Notes: generated by a model from the letters alone, not told the origin. A stretch of DNA of 64,000 nt from Chloroflexota bacterium (GCA_034436555.1 DAOTUU010000054.1:94793-158792), one strand, 5' to 3'; positions 37,697 through 48,121 are shown, counted from the stretch's first letter. Numbers and translations are program-made.

Positions 37697-39589
37697 GTGA
37701 CGTCGACCCGGCGGATGACCGTCGCCCAGGCCGTGGTGGCGTTCCTGCGCGCCCAGCACATCGAGCGGGACGGTGAGCGCGGCAGATTCATCGCGGGCGT
37801 GTTCGGCATCTTCGGGCACGGCAACGTGGCGGGCCTGGGCGAGGCGTTGGAGGCGGAGGCCGCCGCCCACGGTCCGGACGCCCTGCGCTATCTCCAGGCG
37901 CGCAACGAGCAGGGCATGGTCCATGCCGCCGCCGCGTTCGCCAAGCAGCGCCGGCGCCTGCGGACGTTCGCGTGCACCACGTCGATCGGACCGGGCGCCA
38001 CGAACATGCTCACGGGCGCGGCCATGGCCACGGTCAACCGGCTGCCGGTGCTGCTGCTGCCCGGCGACCTGTTCGCGACTCGCCGCGTGATCCCGGTGCT
38101 CCAGCAGCTGGAGCGCCCGGAGTCGCAGAACCTGAGCGTGAACGACGCCTTCCGGCCGGTCAGTCGGTACTGGGACCGGATCGAGCGCCCGGAGCAGCTG
38201 CTGACCGCGCTGCCGGCGGCCTTCCGCGTGCTCACCTCGCCCGCGGAGACCGGCGCCGTGACCCTCGCGCTGCCCCAGGACGTCCAGGCGGAGGCGTTCG
38301 ACGTGCCCGGCCACCTGCTCGAGGAGCGTGTCTGGGTGGTCCCTCGACCACGACCGGACCGCGACCTGCTCGTCCGTGCGGCAGACCTCCTGGTCGGTGC
38401 GCGCCGTCCCATGATCGTGTGCGGCGGCGGCGTCCTGTATGCGCAGGCGGAGGACGAGCTCGCCGCGTTCGCCACCCGCTTCGGCATCCCCGTGACCGAG
38501 ACGCAGGCGGGCAAGGGCGCGCTGTCCTGGGACCACCCGCTGAACCTGGGCGCGCTGGGTGCCACGGGCGGATCGGCTGCGAACGCCGTGGCCCGCGACG
38601 CGGACCTCGTGCTGGCCATCGGCACCCGGCTGTCGGACTTCCCGACCGCGAGCTGGACCGCGTGGCAGGACCCCGGGGTGCGCTTCGTGGCGCTCAACGT
38701 GGCCGAGCTGGACGCGGCCAAGGCCCGCGCGCTGCCGCTGGTCGGCGATGCCCGCGTGACCCTCGAGGAGTTGTCGGAAGCCCTGGGTGCGCGTGCCTGG
38801 ACGGGCGTGCCCGCGGAGCGCCGGGCCCACCAGGAGCGCCTGCGCCAGGCGTGGAACGCCGAGGTGGACCGGGTGCTGCATCTCCGGACGCCGCGCCACG
38901 TGTCCCAGCCGGAGGCGATCCGGCTGACGATGGAGGCGGCCGGGGAGGACGGCATCGTGGTGTGCGCCGCGGGCTCCCTGCCGGGCGACCTGCACAAGCT
39001 GTGGCGGACGCCGCGTGCGGGTGGCTACCACCTGGAGTACGGCTACTCCACGATGGGCTACGAGGTGGCGGGCGGCATGGGCGTGGCCATGGCGGAGCCG
39101 GATCGGCGCGTGTTCGTGCTGGTGGGGGACGGGTCGTGGCTGATGCTCTCCGCGGAGATCGCGACGGCCGTCCAGGAGGCAATCCCGATGACCGTGGTGC
39201 TGCTGGACAACCACGGGTTCCGGTGCATCCGGAACCTGTCGGGCGCATGCGGCGGCGCGGGGACGTTCCAGGACTTCCGCCTGCGCGACCCCGCCACGGG
39301 CCAGCTCACCGGTGACGTGCTGCCCATCGACTTCGTGGCGAGTGCGCGCAGCCTGGGCGCCCACGTGATCCCGGCGCACGACCCCGAGGAGCTGGCCGCC
39401 GCGCTCGCGGCGTCCGGCCACATCCCCGGCCCGGTGGTCGTGATCACCGAGACCGACACGTCGGAGGAGGTGCCGGGATACGACGGCTGGTGGGACGTGC
39501 CGGTCGCGGCGGTGTCGGACAAGCCCGCCGTGCGTGAGGCGCACGCCGCGTACATCCGGGGAGTGGCCAGGAATCGACAGGCGCATTGA
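37697..39589 (+). CDS. iolD: 3D-(3,5/4)-trihydroxycyclohexane-1,2-dione acylhydrolase (IolD, ThDP-dependent)
   Basis: It is collinear with B. subtilis IolD (QGMVHAAAAFAKQ, PVSRYWDRIERPEQL, CAAGSLPGDLHKLW...YHLEYGYSTMGYEVAGGMG, DGWWDVPVAAVS). The GTG start has GGGAGG 9 nt upstream. Confidence 0.85.
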   Translation: MTSTRRMTVAQAVVAFLRAQHIERDGERGRFIAGVFGIFGHGNVAGLGEALEAEAAAHGPDALRYLQARNEQGMVHAAAAFAKQRRRLRTFACTTSIGPGATNMLTGAAMATVNRLPVLLLPGDLFATRRVIPVLQQLERPESQNLSVNDAFRPVSRYWDRIERPEQLLTALPAAFRVLTSPAETGAVTLALPQDVQAEAFDVPGHLLEERVWVVPRPRPDRDLLVRAADLLVGARRPMIVCGGGVLYAQAEDELAAFATRFGIPVTETQAGKGALSWDHPLNLGALGATGGSAANAVARDADLVLAIGTRLSDFPTASWTAWQDPGVRFVALNVAELDAAKARALPLVGDARVTLEELSEALGARAWTGVPAERRAHQERLRQAWNAEVDRVLHLRTPRHVSQPEAIRLTMEAAGEDGIVVCAAGSLPGDLHKLWRTPRAGGYHLEYGYSTMGYEVAGGMGVAMAEPDRRVFVLVGDGSWLMLSAEIATAVQEAIPMTVVLLDNHGFRCIRNLSGACGGAGTFQDFRLRDPATGQLTGDVLPIDFVASARSLGAHVIPAHDPEELAAALAASGHIPGPVVVITETDTSEEVPGYDGWWDVPVAAVSDKPAVREAHAAYIRGVARNRQAH

Positions 39590-39622
39590 CGGCGCGTCGA
39601 TGCCGGGATGGGAGGCGATGGG

Positions 39623-40462
39623 ATGAGCGATCGGATCCGCGCCGCGGGAGCCGCGGTCGCCCTCTCGGTGGCGGCGCTCTGCGCGGGTGGCGCGGTCGTG
39701 CTCGGCGCGGTGCCCATCGACTGTGACGCTCCGAATCTCGACGCGGTCGAGGCCCAGCTCACGATCGCGCGGGTCCACGGCATGGCGGGCGACAGCGATG
39801 GGGTGCGCGCCGCGATCGACGCCGCCCGGGCGGAGCTTGACGCGATCGCGCGGACCTGCTGGGGGCCCGTCCCCTCACCCGAGCCCTCGATCCCGATCGT
39901 GACGCTGGGCGGTTCGAGGACGATCGGCGGCCGGGCGCTCTCCTACCCCGCCGACCTCGTGGAGCTGGAGGATGGGTTGCTGCGCCCCGTCGACGACGGC
40001 GGCCTGCGCGCAGATGTCCTGACGCTGGGGGACTCCATCGCGGCGGCCGAGGTGATCGGCTCCGACCTCGACGAGCCGGTGCCCCCGGGATTCCGGGTCA
40101 TCAGCCTCGCGGTGGGCGATCCATCGGCGGTGCTCGCGACGGTGGGCACGACGGACCCCGAGGCGGAGACTCCGACCGATCCGGTCCGGGCGCTCGGCCA
40201 GCTCGTGGAGGCCATCGACGTGGACGACATCGACTTCGGCGACGTGGGTCCGTTCGTGTTCCCCGACGGCGCGTCCGGCGCGGCGGCGGACTTCACGGGA
40301 CTCGGCGAGGACCGGGCGGTCCTGCTGGATGGATCGTTCCTGGTGCGACCGATGCCCGACGGTGACTGGGCGCTCGGCGTGGCGCTTGCCGCGCCCGGCG
40401 GCATGGACCGGCTGCGAGCGGAGCTGGCCGCGACGCTCCTGTCGATCGGCCCCGAGGGCTGA
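39623..40462 (+). CDS. Hypothetical secreted protein (signal peptide, Asp/Gly/Ala-rich)
   Basis: A signal peptide is present (MSDRIRAAGAAVALSVAALCAGGAVVLGA), with GC3 bias. Confidence 0.55.
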   Translation: MSDRIRAAGAAVALSVAALCAGGAVVLGAVPIDCDAPNLDAVEAQLTIARVHGMAGDSDGVRAAIDAARAELDAIARTCWGPVPSPEPSIPIVTLGGSRTIGGRALSYPADLVELEDGLLRPVDDGGLRADVLTLGDSIAAAEVIGSDLDEPVPPGFRVISLAVGDPSAVLATVGTTDPEAETPTDPVRALGQLVEAIDVDDIDFGDVGPFVFPDGASGAAADFTGLGEDRAVLLDGSFLVRPMPDGDWALGVALAAPGGMDRLRAELAATLLSIGPEG

Positions 40463-40491
40463 GCCACGTTCGGCATCACGCCGGTCCCCTG

Positions 40492-41448
40492 ATGGGCGAC
40501 CTGCCTCGCGTCGGGTTCCAGGTCTGGGGGCAGTTCACGACCTGGCCGGCGCTGGCGGCGACAGCCAGGGACATCGAGCGCCTGGGCTTCGATTCGCTGT
40601 GGGCGAACGACCACCTGTTCCCGGCGGCGGGCGCCCAGGCGGCCACCCCGGACGGCCTGGACGGGCCGTTCCTGGAGGGCTGGATGACCGCCGCGGGCTT
40701 CGCGCTGGTGACGCGGCGGATCCCCGTGGGCGTGCTCGTGTCCGGTGCCGGCTACCGCAACCCCGGGCTGCTCCTGAAGCAGGCGACCGCGCTCGACCAT
40801 CTGTCGGGAGGTCGGGCCTGGCTGGGGCTGGGCGCGGGCTGGCACCAGCGCGACCATGCCGCGTTCGGGTTCGCGCTGCCCGCGCTGCGCGAGCGACTGG
40901 ACCGGTTCGACGAGCAGTCGGCCGCGGTCCGCGCCATGCTCGACGGTGGCCCGGTGTCCGTCGACGGCACCTGGGTGCGCCTGGACCGGGCGGTCAACGC
41001 ACCACCGCCCATCGGCCGCCTGCCACTGATGCTGGGCGGCTCCGGCGAGCAGCGGACGCTGCGCATCGTGGCGCGCGATGCGGACGCCTGGAACGGCGAG
41101 GGGACCCCGCAGGAGTGGGCCCGACGGTCAGCCATCCTGGATGGACACTGTCGTGCGACCGGACGGGACCCGGCGTCGATCGTGCGGACCGCGGGCGTGC
41201 CGCCGCTCCACGTCCGGTCGACGCGCGCGGAGGCGCGCCGGTCGCTGGCGGCGGTCCTGAGGGCGAACGGGATCGGCGCCGAGGAGGCGGCCGGGATCGC
41301 CGAGGCGGACCCGTTCGCGGGATCGCCGGACGACGTCCTGTCGGCGCTCGACGCGTGGGCGGCCGCCGGCGCCGCGGAGCTCATCTTCGACTGGCCGGCC
41401 CCGTTCGATGGCGAGTCCCTGGAGCGACTGGCCGGCGTCCGACGCTGA
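40492..41448 (+). CDS. LLM-class (luciferase-like) F420/flavin-dependent oxidoreductase
   Basis: It has a bacterial luciferase TIM-barrel pattern (FDSLWANDHL...GLGAGW). Confidence 0.8.
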   Translation: MGDLPRVGFQVWGQFTTWPALAATARDIERLGFDSLWANDHLFPAAGAQAATPDGLDGPFLEGWMTAAGFALVTRRIPVGVLVSGAGYRNPGLLLKQATALDHLSGGRAWLGLGAGWHQRDHAAFGFALPALRERLDRFDEQSAAVRAMLDGGPVSVDGTWVRLDRAVNAPPPIGRLPLMLGGSGEQRTLRIVARDADAWNGEGTPQEWARRSAILDGHCRATGRDPASIVRTAGVPPLHVRSTRAEARRSLAAVLRANGIGAEEAAGIAEADPFAGSPDDVLSALDAWAAAGAAELIFDWPAPFDGESLERLAGVRR

Positions 41449-41590
41449 CGCGCCGGCCGCATGCGCCAGGGCGCGCGGGACCCGGCCGACCGTTCCGGAC
41501 CGCCGCGACGCCTGCCGGCCCCGGGTCGGTCGGTCGGCGGGCGCCCTGCGCGCGCCCTGCGCGCGGGACCCTGCCGCCCGCCGGGACACG

Positions 41591-41650
41591 GTTGACGGCC
41601 ATGGTAGAGTGCTGCGTAATCGGTTGCATAAATCGGTTGCATGGAGTGGC
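41591..41650 (+). promoter_or_regulatory. Putative promoter/operator upstream of the DegT-family gene
   Basis: It contains TTGACG, TAGAGT/TAATCG and a 12-bp direct repeat aatcggttgcat x2 in a locally AT-richer stretch. The start of the real aminotransferase ORF follows GAGGAG. Confidence 0.35.
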
Positions 41651-41675
41651 GGGCCGCCAGCACGAGGAGCAGACG

Positions 41676-42908
41676 ATGCCGGGTCCGGGACTCGACCTGA
41701 TCGGCGAGGAGGAGCTCGCGGAGGTCGCCGACGTCATCCACGCACGCCATCTGAGCCGCTACGGCCCGGATGACGCGTCGTTCCCGGCGAAGGTGCGCCG
41801 GTTCGAGGAGGAGGTGGCGGCGCGCGCCGGGGTGACCCACGCGCTCGCCCTGAACGCAGGCACGAGCGCCCTCATGCTGGCGCTGATGGGGCTGGGTGTG
41901 GGTCCGGGGGATGAGGTCATCGTGCCCGGGTTCACGTTCGTGGCCACGCTCTCGTCGGTCATCTACGCGGGTGCCACGCCGGTCCTCGCGGAGGTGGACG
42001 AGACCCTGAACCTGGACCCGTCGGACGTGGAGGCGCGCATCACGCCCCGCACCCGGGCCATCCTGGTCGTCCACATGCTGGGCAATCCGGCGCGCCTCGC
42101 GGAGCTGAAGGCGGTCGCGGACCGCCACCGCGTCGCGCTCGTCGAGGATGCCGCGCAGGCGTTCGGAGCCACCTATCGTGGCGCCTGGGTGGGCGGCCAG
42201 GGCGCCGCGGGCGCGTACAGCTTCAACGAGTTCAAGACGATCACCTGTGGCGACGGCGGGATGCTCGTGACGAACGACGAGGCGCTCTACCGCCGCTGCT
42301 TCGCGATGCACGACCAGGGCCACAGCCCCAACCGCAGGGGGATCGAGGTGGGTCGCCGACCCATGCTCGGCATCAACCTCCGGATGACCGAGCTCGAGGG
42401 TGCCGTGCTCCTGGCGCAGCTGCGCAAGCTCGACCACATCCGGCGACACCTGACCGCGCAGCGCGACCTGGTGCGCTCGATCATCGGCCAGGTGCCGGGT
42501 GTGGGCTTCCGGACCCTGCCCGACCCTGATGGCGATCTCGCGACGCACCTGGTGGTGATGCTCCCCGACGCGTCGTCGGCGGCGGCGATCGCAGCGGAGA
42601 TCGGGGCGATCACCCTCGACCACTCGGGCTGGCACGTGTACAGCCACATGGAGCACTTCCTGGCACAGCGCACCATCACGGACCAGCGCTGCACCTGTGG
42701 CTGTGACCGCACCCACCCCGGGCGGGCCGAGTACCGTCCGGGCATGCTCCCGGCGACCGACGCGTTCCTGGCGCGCTCGATGAGCTTCGCGATCGGCGTC
42801 GTCGACCCGAACCTCGCCCCGTTCGGCCTGCGCATGCGCGATGGGTCGGATGTCGCGCGCGAGCGTGCGGAGCGGTTCGCGACCGTGGCCCGGTCGCACC
42901 TCGCCTGA
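41676..42908 (+). CDS. DegT/DnrJ/EryC1/StrS-family PLP-dependent aminotransferase (sugar/inosose aminotransferase-like)
   Basis: It has a PLP lysine in AYSFNEFKTITCGDGG and the type-I aminotransferase fold. The start is set at MPGPG with GAGGAG 6 nt upstream. Confidence 0.85.
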   Translation: MPGPGLDLIGEEELAEVADVIHARHLSRYGPDDASFPAKVRRFEEEVAARAGVTHALALNAGTSALMLALMGLGVGPGDEVIVPGFTFVATLSSVIYAGATPVLAEVDETLNLDPSDVEARITPRTRAILVVHMLGNPARLAELKAVADRHRVALVEDAAQAFGATYRGAWVGGQGAAGAYSFNEFKTITCGDGGMLVTNDEALYRRCFAMHDQGHSPNRRGIEVGRRPMLGINLRMTELEGAVLLAQLRKLDHIRRHLTAQRDLVRSIIGQVPGVGFRTLPDPDGDLATHLVVMLPDASSAAAIAAEIGAITLDHSGWHVYSHMEHFLAQRTITDQRCTCGCDRTHPGRAEYRPGMLPATDAFLARSMSFAIGVVDPNLAPFGLRMRDGSDVARERAERFATVARSHLA

Positions 42909-42910
42909 CG

Positions 42911-44035
42911 TTGGGGCGGATGCGGACGATGCGCGAGGGACCGCCCGCACGGCGTGTCACGCTCGCCGACGTGGCGGCGCGCGCGGGAGTCTCGCGGGCC
43001 ACCGCATCCCGGGCCCTCGTCGATGACGAGCGCATCAGCGCCGGCACGCGGGCCGTCGTCCAGGAGGCCGCCGAGGCGCTCAAGTACGTGCCCAACGCGG
43101 CGGCCCGCAGCCTCCGGCGACGGCGCACCGGCATCCTGGGCCTGCTGCTCGCGGACCTGGGCGACCCGGTCCACGGCCAGGTCGCAGCGGGCTTTGAGCA
43201 GGCCGCGGCCGCCGACGGCTACACCGTGGTCATCGTGGCCGCGTCCAACGTGCCGGACCACGAGCGCGCCGCCATCGACGTGTTCGTGGAGCACGCCACC
43301 GACGGCATCGCGCTCGTGTCCAGCGTGCTGGAGCCCGCCGAGGCGCGCGAGCGGGCGGGCCCGGGGCGCCCGGTCGTCATCGTCCAGCCCGACGCCCCCG
43401 GCATCCTCCGCGAGCAGGGCGCCCCTCCCGACGGGCTCATCCAGACCGACGATGTGGGTGGCGTGACCGCGGCCGCCCGGCATCTCGTCGAGACCGGGCA
43501 CCGCCGGGTGCTGTACCTGGGGGCCGGCGGCCGATCCTCGGATGAGGTGCGGCGCGAGGCGGCGTCCCGGGTGATCCGCGAGGCCGGACTGGAGCCGCTG
43601 TCCACGACGTCCCTGCCGGACGACGCGTGGCGCACTCCGACGCTGGTGGCGGACGCGGTGGCCCACCCGCTCCCCGATGCGGTGCTGTGCTACGACGACA
43701 AGCTCGCCCTGGCCCTGCTCGACGGCCTGCGTGCGCGGGGCCTGCGGGTGCCTCGGGACGTGTCCGTCGTGGGCTTCGACGACATCCCCTTCGCGGCGAT
43801 CTCCAACCCGCGGCTGACCACGGTGTCGACCCCCACCGACGAGCTGGGCAGGCTCGCCGCCCGGGGGCTCGTCCAGGCCATCCGCGACGGGCGCCTGCCG
43901 CCGGGACGGGTCCTGCCCACGCGGCTCGCGACGCGCGAGAGCGTGCGAACGCGAAACGCCGCGCACCGCGCGGACATCCCCCCGATGGACGCCGCGGTCG
44001 CGCCGAGCGAGGCGATCGCCGGGAGCGCCGGATGA
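42911..44035 (+). CDS. LacI-family transcriptional regulator
   Basis: It has an N-terminal HTH (TLADVAARAGVSRATASRAL) and a sugar-binding-type effector domain. Confidence 0.8.
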   Translation: MGRMRTMREGPPARRVTLADVAARAGVSRATASRALVDDERISAGTRAVVQEAAEALKYVPNAAARSLRRRRTGILGLLLADLGDPVHGQVAAGFEQAAAADGYTVVIVAASNVPDHERAAIDVFVEHATDGIALVSSVLEPAEARERAGPGRPVVIVQPDAPGILREQGAPPDGLIQTDDVGGVTAAARHLVETGHRRVLYLGAGGRSSDEVRREAASRVIREAGLEPLSTTSLPDDAWRTPTLVADAVAHPLPDAVLCYDDKLALALLDGLRARGLRVPRDVSVVGFDDIPFAAISNPRLTTVSTPTDELGRLAARGLVQAIRDGRLPPGRVLPTRLATRESVRTRNAAHRADIPPMDAAVAPSEAIAGSAG

Positions 44036-44090
44036 GCGCCGGGAGCGCCGGATGAGCGCCGGGAGCGCCGGGATGAGCGCCGGGATGAGC
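44018..44090. repeat. 20-bp tandem repeat (gagcgccgggagcgccggat, about 3 copies) at the lacI / ABC-ATPase junction
   Basis: It yields the iterated MSAGSAGMSAGMSTGM N-terminus and makes the ATPase start ambiguous. Confidence 0.6.
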
Positions 44091-45209
44091 ACCGGGATGC
44101 CCGCCATCGAGCTGGTCGCCGCCACCAAGCGATACGGCGACGCGGTCGCCCTCGACGCGGTGTCCCTGGCCATCGAGTCGGGGGAGTTCTTCTGCCTCCT
44201 GGGTCCGTCGGGCTGCGGCAAGACCACGACCCTCAACCTCATCGGCGGATTCCTGCCGCTCACCTCCGGCGAGCTGCGCATCGAGGGTCGCGTGGTCAAC
44301 GACCTGCCGCCCCATCGGCGCAACGTCAACACCGTGTTCCAGAGCTACGCCCTGTTCCCGCACATGACGGTCGCGGACAACGTCGCGTTCGGGCTGCGCA
44401 TGGAGGGCCTGGACCGACGGGAGGTGTCCTCACGGGTGGGCGAGTACCTCTCGCTCGTCGGCCTCGAGGGGTACGCGGACCGCCACCCCGGCCAGCTCTC
44501 CGGCGGCCAGCAGCAGCGGGTGGCGCTCGCCCGGGCCCTCGCCAAGCGCCCCGCGGTGCTGCTGCTCGATGAACCCCTGGGCGCGCTCGACCTCAAGCTC
44601 CGGCGGGCGATGCAGCTGGAGCTGTCGCGCATCCACCGCCAGGTCGGCACCACGTTCGTGTTCGTGACCCACGACCAGGAGGAGGCGCTGTCGATGGCGA
44701 CCCGCATCGCCGTGATGTCCGGCGGGCGCGTGGTCCAGGCCGGCACGCCCCAGGAGATCTACCTGCGCCCCCGGACCCGGTTCGTGGCCGACTTCATCGG
44801 CGAATCGAACTTCCTCGACGGCACGGTCGCGGGCGGCGATGGCGACGCGGGGCTCCAGCTCCCGGACGGGCAGCGCCTGCCGGTGCCCGCCGGCACGGCG
44901 CCCGGTCCCGCCACGCTGATGGTGCGGCCGGAATCGGTGGAGCTGCGCGCGCCCGATGCCGGGGCACCGATCCACCTGCGCGGTCGCGTGCGCCACGCGG
45001 CGTTCATGGGAACCCACACCCGGATCACGGTCGACACGACGGCGGGCGCCCTCGTCGTGCTGCGACATCACCACAGCGGCGTCGGGGAGGTCGCACCCCT
45101 GGAGCGACCGGGACAGGAGGCCGGCATCTGGTGGGCAGCTGAGACAGCCACGATCCTGGAGCGAGACAGTGGAGGAGGCATCGATGGACCCGATCAGGCA
45201 GCTACTTGA
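44052..45209 (+). CDS. ABC transporter ATP-binding protein (PotA/spermidine-putrescine-type, with TOBE C-terminal domain)
   Basis: It has Walker A GPSGCGKTT, LSGGQQQRVALARAL and Walker B LLLDEPLGALD. The likely true start is MPAIELV (44097). Confidence 0.8.
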   Translation: MSAGSAGMSAGMSTGMPAIELVAATKRYGDAVALDAVSLAIESGEFFCLLGPSGCGKTTTLNLIGGFLPLTSGELRIEGRVVNDLPPHRRNVNTVFQSYALFPHMTVADNVAFGLRMEGLDRREVSSRVGEYLSLVGLEGYADRHPGQLSGGQQQRVALARALAKRPAVLLLDEPLGALDLKLRRAMQLELSRIHRQVGTTFVFVTHDQEEALSMATRIAVMSGGRVVQAGTPQEIYLRPRTRFVADFIGESNFLDGTVAGGDGDAGLQLPDGQRLPVPAGTAPGPATLMVRPESVELRAPDAGAPIHLRGRVRHAAFMGTHTRITVDTTAGALVVLRHHHSGVGEVAPLERPGQEAGIWWAAETATILERDSGGGIDGPDQAAT

Positions 45210-46290
45210 GAACCAGCTGACGCGGCGCAGGTTCCTGCAGGCGTCGGCCGCGACCGCGGGCGCGATGGCCATGGGCGGCCACCTCGCCACACGGGTGCGC
45301 GCCCAGGGCGGCACCTTCAACTGGATGACCTGGAGCGACCACTTCTACCAGGAGCAGCTGGACGCGATCAAGGAATCGTCCGGCATCGTGCCCAGCATCA
45401 GCGAGCTGGCCGCCAACGAGGACGGCTTCGCCAAGCTCCAGCAGGGCGGCTCCGGCCTGGACATGATCTCGGGCGACGCGCTGTGGGTGCCCGCGTACCG
45501 TCAGAACGGGCTCATCGACGCCTGGGACATCAACGAGCTGGAGGTCGCCAAGACCCTCTACCCGGTCGCCCGCGAGTTCCAGATCTGGACCACTCCGGAG
45601 GGCTACCTCGGCTACCCGTTCGGCTGGTCGCCGGTCCTCATCTACTACAACAAGGAGCACGTGACGCCCACGGACTCCTATGAGATCCTGCTCGACCCGG
45701 CGTTCGCGGGCAAGATCATCATGGAGAACCAGCCCACCGACGTGGTGGCCCACATGGGCATCCTGGCGGGTGCCGCGGATCCCTACAACATGACCGACGA
45801 CGAGCTGGCCGCCGCCAAGGACCTGCTCTGGAAGCTCAAGCCGAACATCCTCCGATTCGCCCAGCAGAACACCGACTCGGTCAACGCGCTGGCCACCGGC
45901 GAGGCGTGGCTGGCGACCGTCAACCTGGGCACCGAGGAGCGCGTCAAGGAGGCTGGCGGACCGGACATCGGGGTGATCACGCCCAAGGAGGGCACGATCG
46001 GCTGGATGGACGCCGAGATGATCGTGACCGGCGGCGCCAACACCGCGCTCATCCGGCCGTTCCTGGAGCTGGCACAGCAGCCGGAGCACATCGCGGAGAA
46101 CTTCCTGCGCTACGGCCGGCCGCTGTTCAACGAGGGCGCCTACAAGATCCTCGTGGACAACGGTCACCAGGAACGCGCTGACCGCTATCTGTTCAACAAG
46201 CCGGAGACGGTCCTGACGATGGCCCTCAAGGGTCCCGGACAGTCCACCGGCGGCGCCATCGAGGCGTTCAACGAGGTGTTCGCCGCCTAG
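45184..46290 (+). CDS. ABC transporter substrate-binding protein (PotD/PotF-like) with Tat signal
   Basis: It has the twin-arginine motif TRRRFLQASAATAGAMA and the PotD fold. The substrate is probably not a polyamine. Confidence 0.8.
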   Translation: MDPIRQLLENQLTRRRFLQASAATAGAMAMGGHLATRVRAQGGTFNWMTWSDHFYQEQLDAIKESSGIVPSISELAANEDGFAKLQQGGSGLDMISGDALWVPAYRQNGLIDAWDINELEVAKTLYPVAREFQIWTTPEGYLGYPFGWSPVLIYYNKEHVTPTDSYEILLDPAFAGKIIMENQPTDVVAHMGILAGAADPYNMTDDELAAAKDLLWKLKPNILRFAQQNTDSVNALATGEAWLATVNLGTEERVKEAGGPDIGVITPKEGTIGWMDAEMIVTGGANTALIRPFLELAQQPEHIAENFLRYGRPLFNEGAYKILVDNGHQERADRYLFNKPETVLTMALKGPGQSTGGAIEAFNEVFAA

Positions 46291-46314
46291 GCGCATCCCG
46301 GAGTCCGGGAAGCC

Positions 46315-47235
46315 ATGAGCGGAACCGGGGCCGGTCCGGCGTCCACGCCGGTGCCGGCCGCCTCCGCCCGCGCCCTGCCGGGCCGCTCGTACGGGCGGCT
46401 CCTGCCGGCGCTGCCCGCGGGCATGGTGCTGATCGTCCTGTTCCTGGGCTCGATGGTGTTCATGACGCTGTTCAGCTTCTGGCAGGTGAACTCGTCGTTC
46501 GTCATCGAGCCCGACTGGACCCTCGAGAACTACACCCGATTCTTCACGTCCGCGGCGTACCTCCGGACGTTCGGCAAGACGCTGGTCATGGCGGGCGTGG
46601 TGACCCTGACCTGCCTGTCCCTGGCCATCCCGTTCTGCTACTTCCTGGTGCGCTACCTGACCCCCCGCTGGGCGCGCATCGTGCTGCTCGCGGTGATCAT
46701 CCCGTTCTGGACCAGCTACCTCCTCCGGGTGTACGCGTGGCAGGCGATCCTGGGCGAGTTCGGGGCGCTCAACCAGGCACTCATGTGGCTGGGGGTCATC
46801 GACGAGCCGTCGCGCCTGCTGGTCTACAACGACCTGGGCGTGTTCATCGTGCTCAGCTACGTCCAGTTCCCGTTCGCGGCGCTCGCCATCTACGCGTCGA
46901 TGGAGCGTTTCGACTTCAGCCAGTTCCTGGCCGCCCAGGACCTGGGCGCGCGCCCCGACCAGGCCTTCCGGCGCATCCTGCTGCCGCAGCTGCGGCCCGG
47001 CATCATCACGGCCTGCATCTTCGTGTCCGTGCCCATCCTGGGCGAGTTCCTCACGCCCACCATCGTGGGCGGGGTCCAGGGCGTGCTCATCGCCAACCTC
47101 GTGGTCAACTTCTTCAAGGGTGCCCAGATCCCCCAGGGCGCGGCGATGGCCATCATCATCGCGGCGTTCGTCACGGCTGTGCTCATCGTGTTCCGGCGCT
47201 ACCTGCGGGTGGAGGACGTGGTCACCCGTGGCTGA
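46315..47235 (+). CDS. ABC transporter permease (PotB-like)
   Basis: It has six transmembrane segments and a BPD-transporter fold. Confidence 0.8.
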   Translation: MSGTGAGPASTPVPAASARALPGRSYGRLLPALPAGMVLIVLFLGSMVFMTLFSFWQVNSSFVIEPDWTLENYTRFFTSAAYLRTFGKTLVMAGVVTLTCLSLAIPFCYFLVRYLTPRWARIVLLAVIIPFWTSYLLRVYAWQAILGEFGALNQALMWLGVIDEPSRLLVYNDLGVFIVLSYVQFPFAALAIYASMERFDFSQFLAAQDLGARPDQAFRRILLPQLRPGIITACIFVSVPILGEFLTPTIVGGVQGVLIANLVVNFFKGAQIPQGAAMAIIIAAFVTAVLIVFRRYLRVEDVVTRG

Positions 47236-48121
47236 GCGTGTCGACCCCATCGCGATGATGCCGGTGAGCCCGCACGCGCGGCTCACGCGTCGCCTGCTGT
47301 GGCTGCTGGCGGCGGTCATCCTGGGCGTGCTGTATCTGCCCATCGCGTTCCTGGTGCTGCTCTCGTTCAACGAGCCGCGCAACGTGGGCCTGCCTATCAC
47401 CGGGCTGACGCTCCACTGGTACCAGACCGCCCTGGGCAACCGGCTGCTGCTCGACGCGGTCTGGAACTCCGTCGTCGTCGCGCTCGTCGTGGCGGTCCTC
47501 GCCACGATCATCGGCACGATGGCGGCCTTCCCGCTCGTGCGCGGCCACCTGCGCTACCCGGGTGCGACGCGCATCGTGGCCACGCTGCCGATCATGCTGC
47601 CGGGGTTCCTGCTGGGCCTCGGCGTGCTCATCTTCCTGCGCCGCGTGCTGGACATGCAGCTGTCACTGCTCACGGTCGTGGCCGGGCACCTGGTGTTCAC
47701 GGTGCCGTTCGTGATCCTCATCGTGGCGGCTCGGCTCCAGGGCTTCGACCGACGACTCGAATGGGCGGCCGCGGACCTGGGCGCGGACCCCCGCCAGACC
47801 GTCCGCCACATCATCCTGCCGCTCATCTGGCCCGCCATCCTCGCGGGCGCCCTCATCAGCGTGACGCTGTCCATCGATGAGTTCGTGATCACGTTCTTCA
47901 CGGTGGGCCCGCAGCTGACGCTGCCCATCTACATCTACACCCAGATCAAGTTCGGCGTGACCCCGGAGGTCAACGCGATCGCGACCCTCATGCTGGGCGC
48001 GACGCTCGTCCTCCTGGTCGCGGGCGGCGTGGCGCTGTCCCTCGGACGGCGCGTGCGTCGGCCCCGGGCGGGCCCGGCCGGACGTCCTGGTTCCACGCAC
48101 GGAGGGGGGTCTCGAACATGA
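47228..48121 (+). CDS. ABC transporter permease (PotC-like)
   Basis: It has six transmembrane segments. The GTG start overlaps the upstream stop (GTGGCTGA), and an alternative ATG is at 47255. Confidence 0.75.
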   Translation: MAERVDPIAMMPVSPHARLTRRLLWLLAAVILGVLYLPIAFLVLLSFNEPRNVGLPITGLTLHWYQTALGNRLLLDAVWNSVVVALVVAVLATIIGTMAAFPLVRGHLRYPGATRIVATLPIMLPGFLLGLGVLIFLRRVLDMQLSLLTVVAGHLVFTVPFVILIVAARLQGFDRRLEWAAADLGADPRQTVRHIILPLIWPAILAGALISVTLSIDEFVITFFTVGPQLTLPIYIYTQIKFGVTPEVNAIATLMLGATLVLLVAGGVALSLGRRVRRPRAGPAGRPGSTHGGGSRT

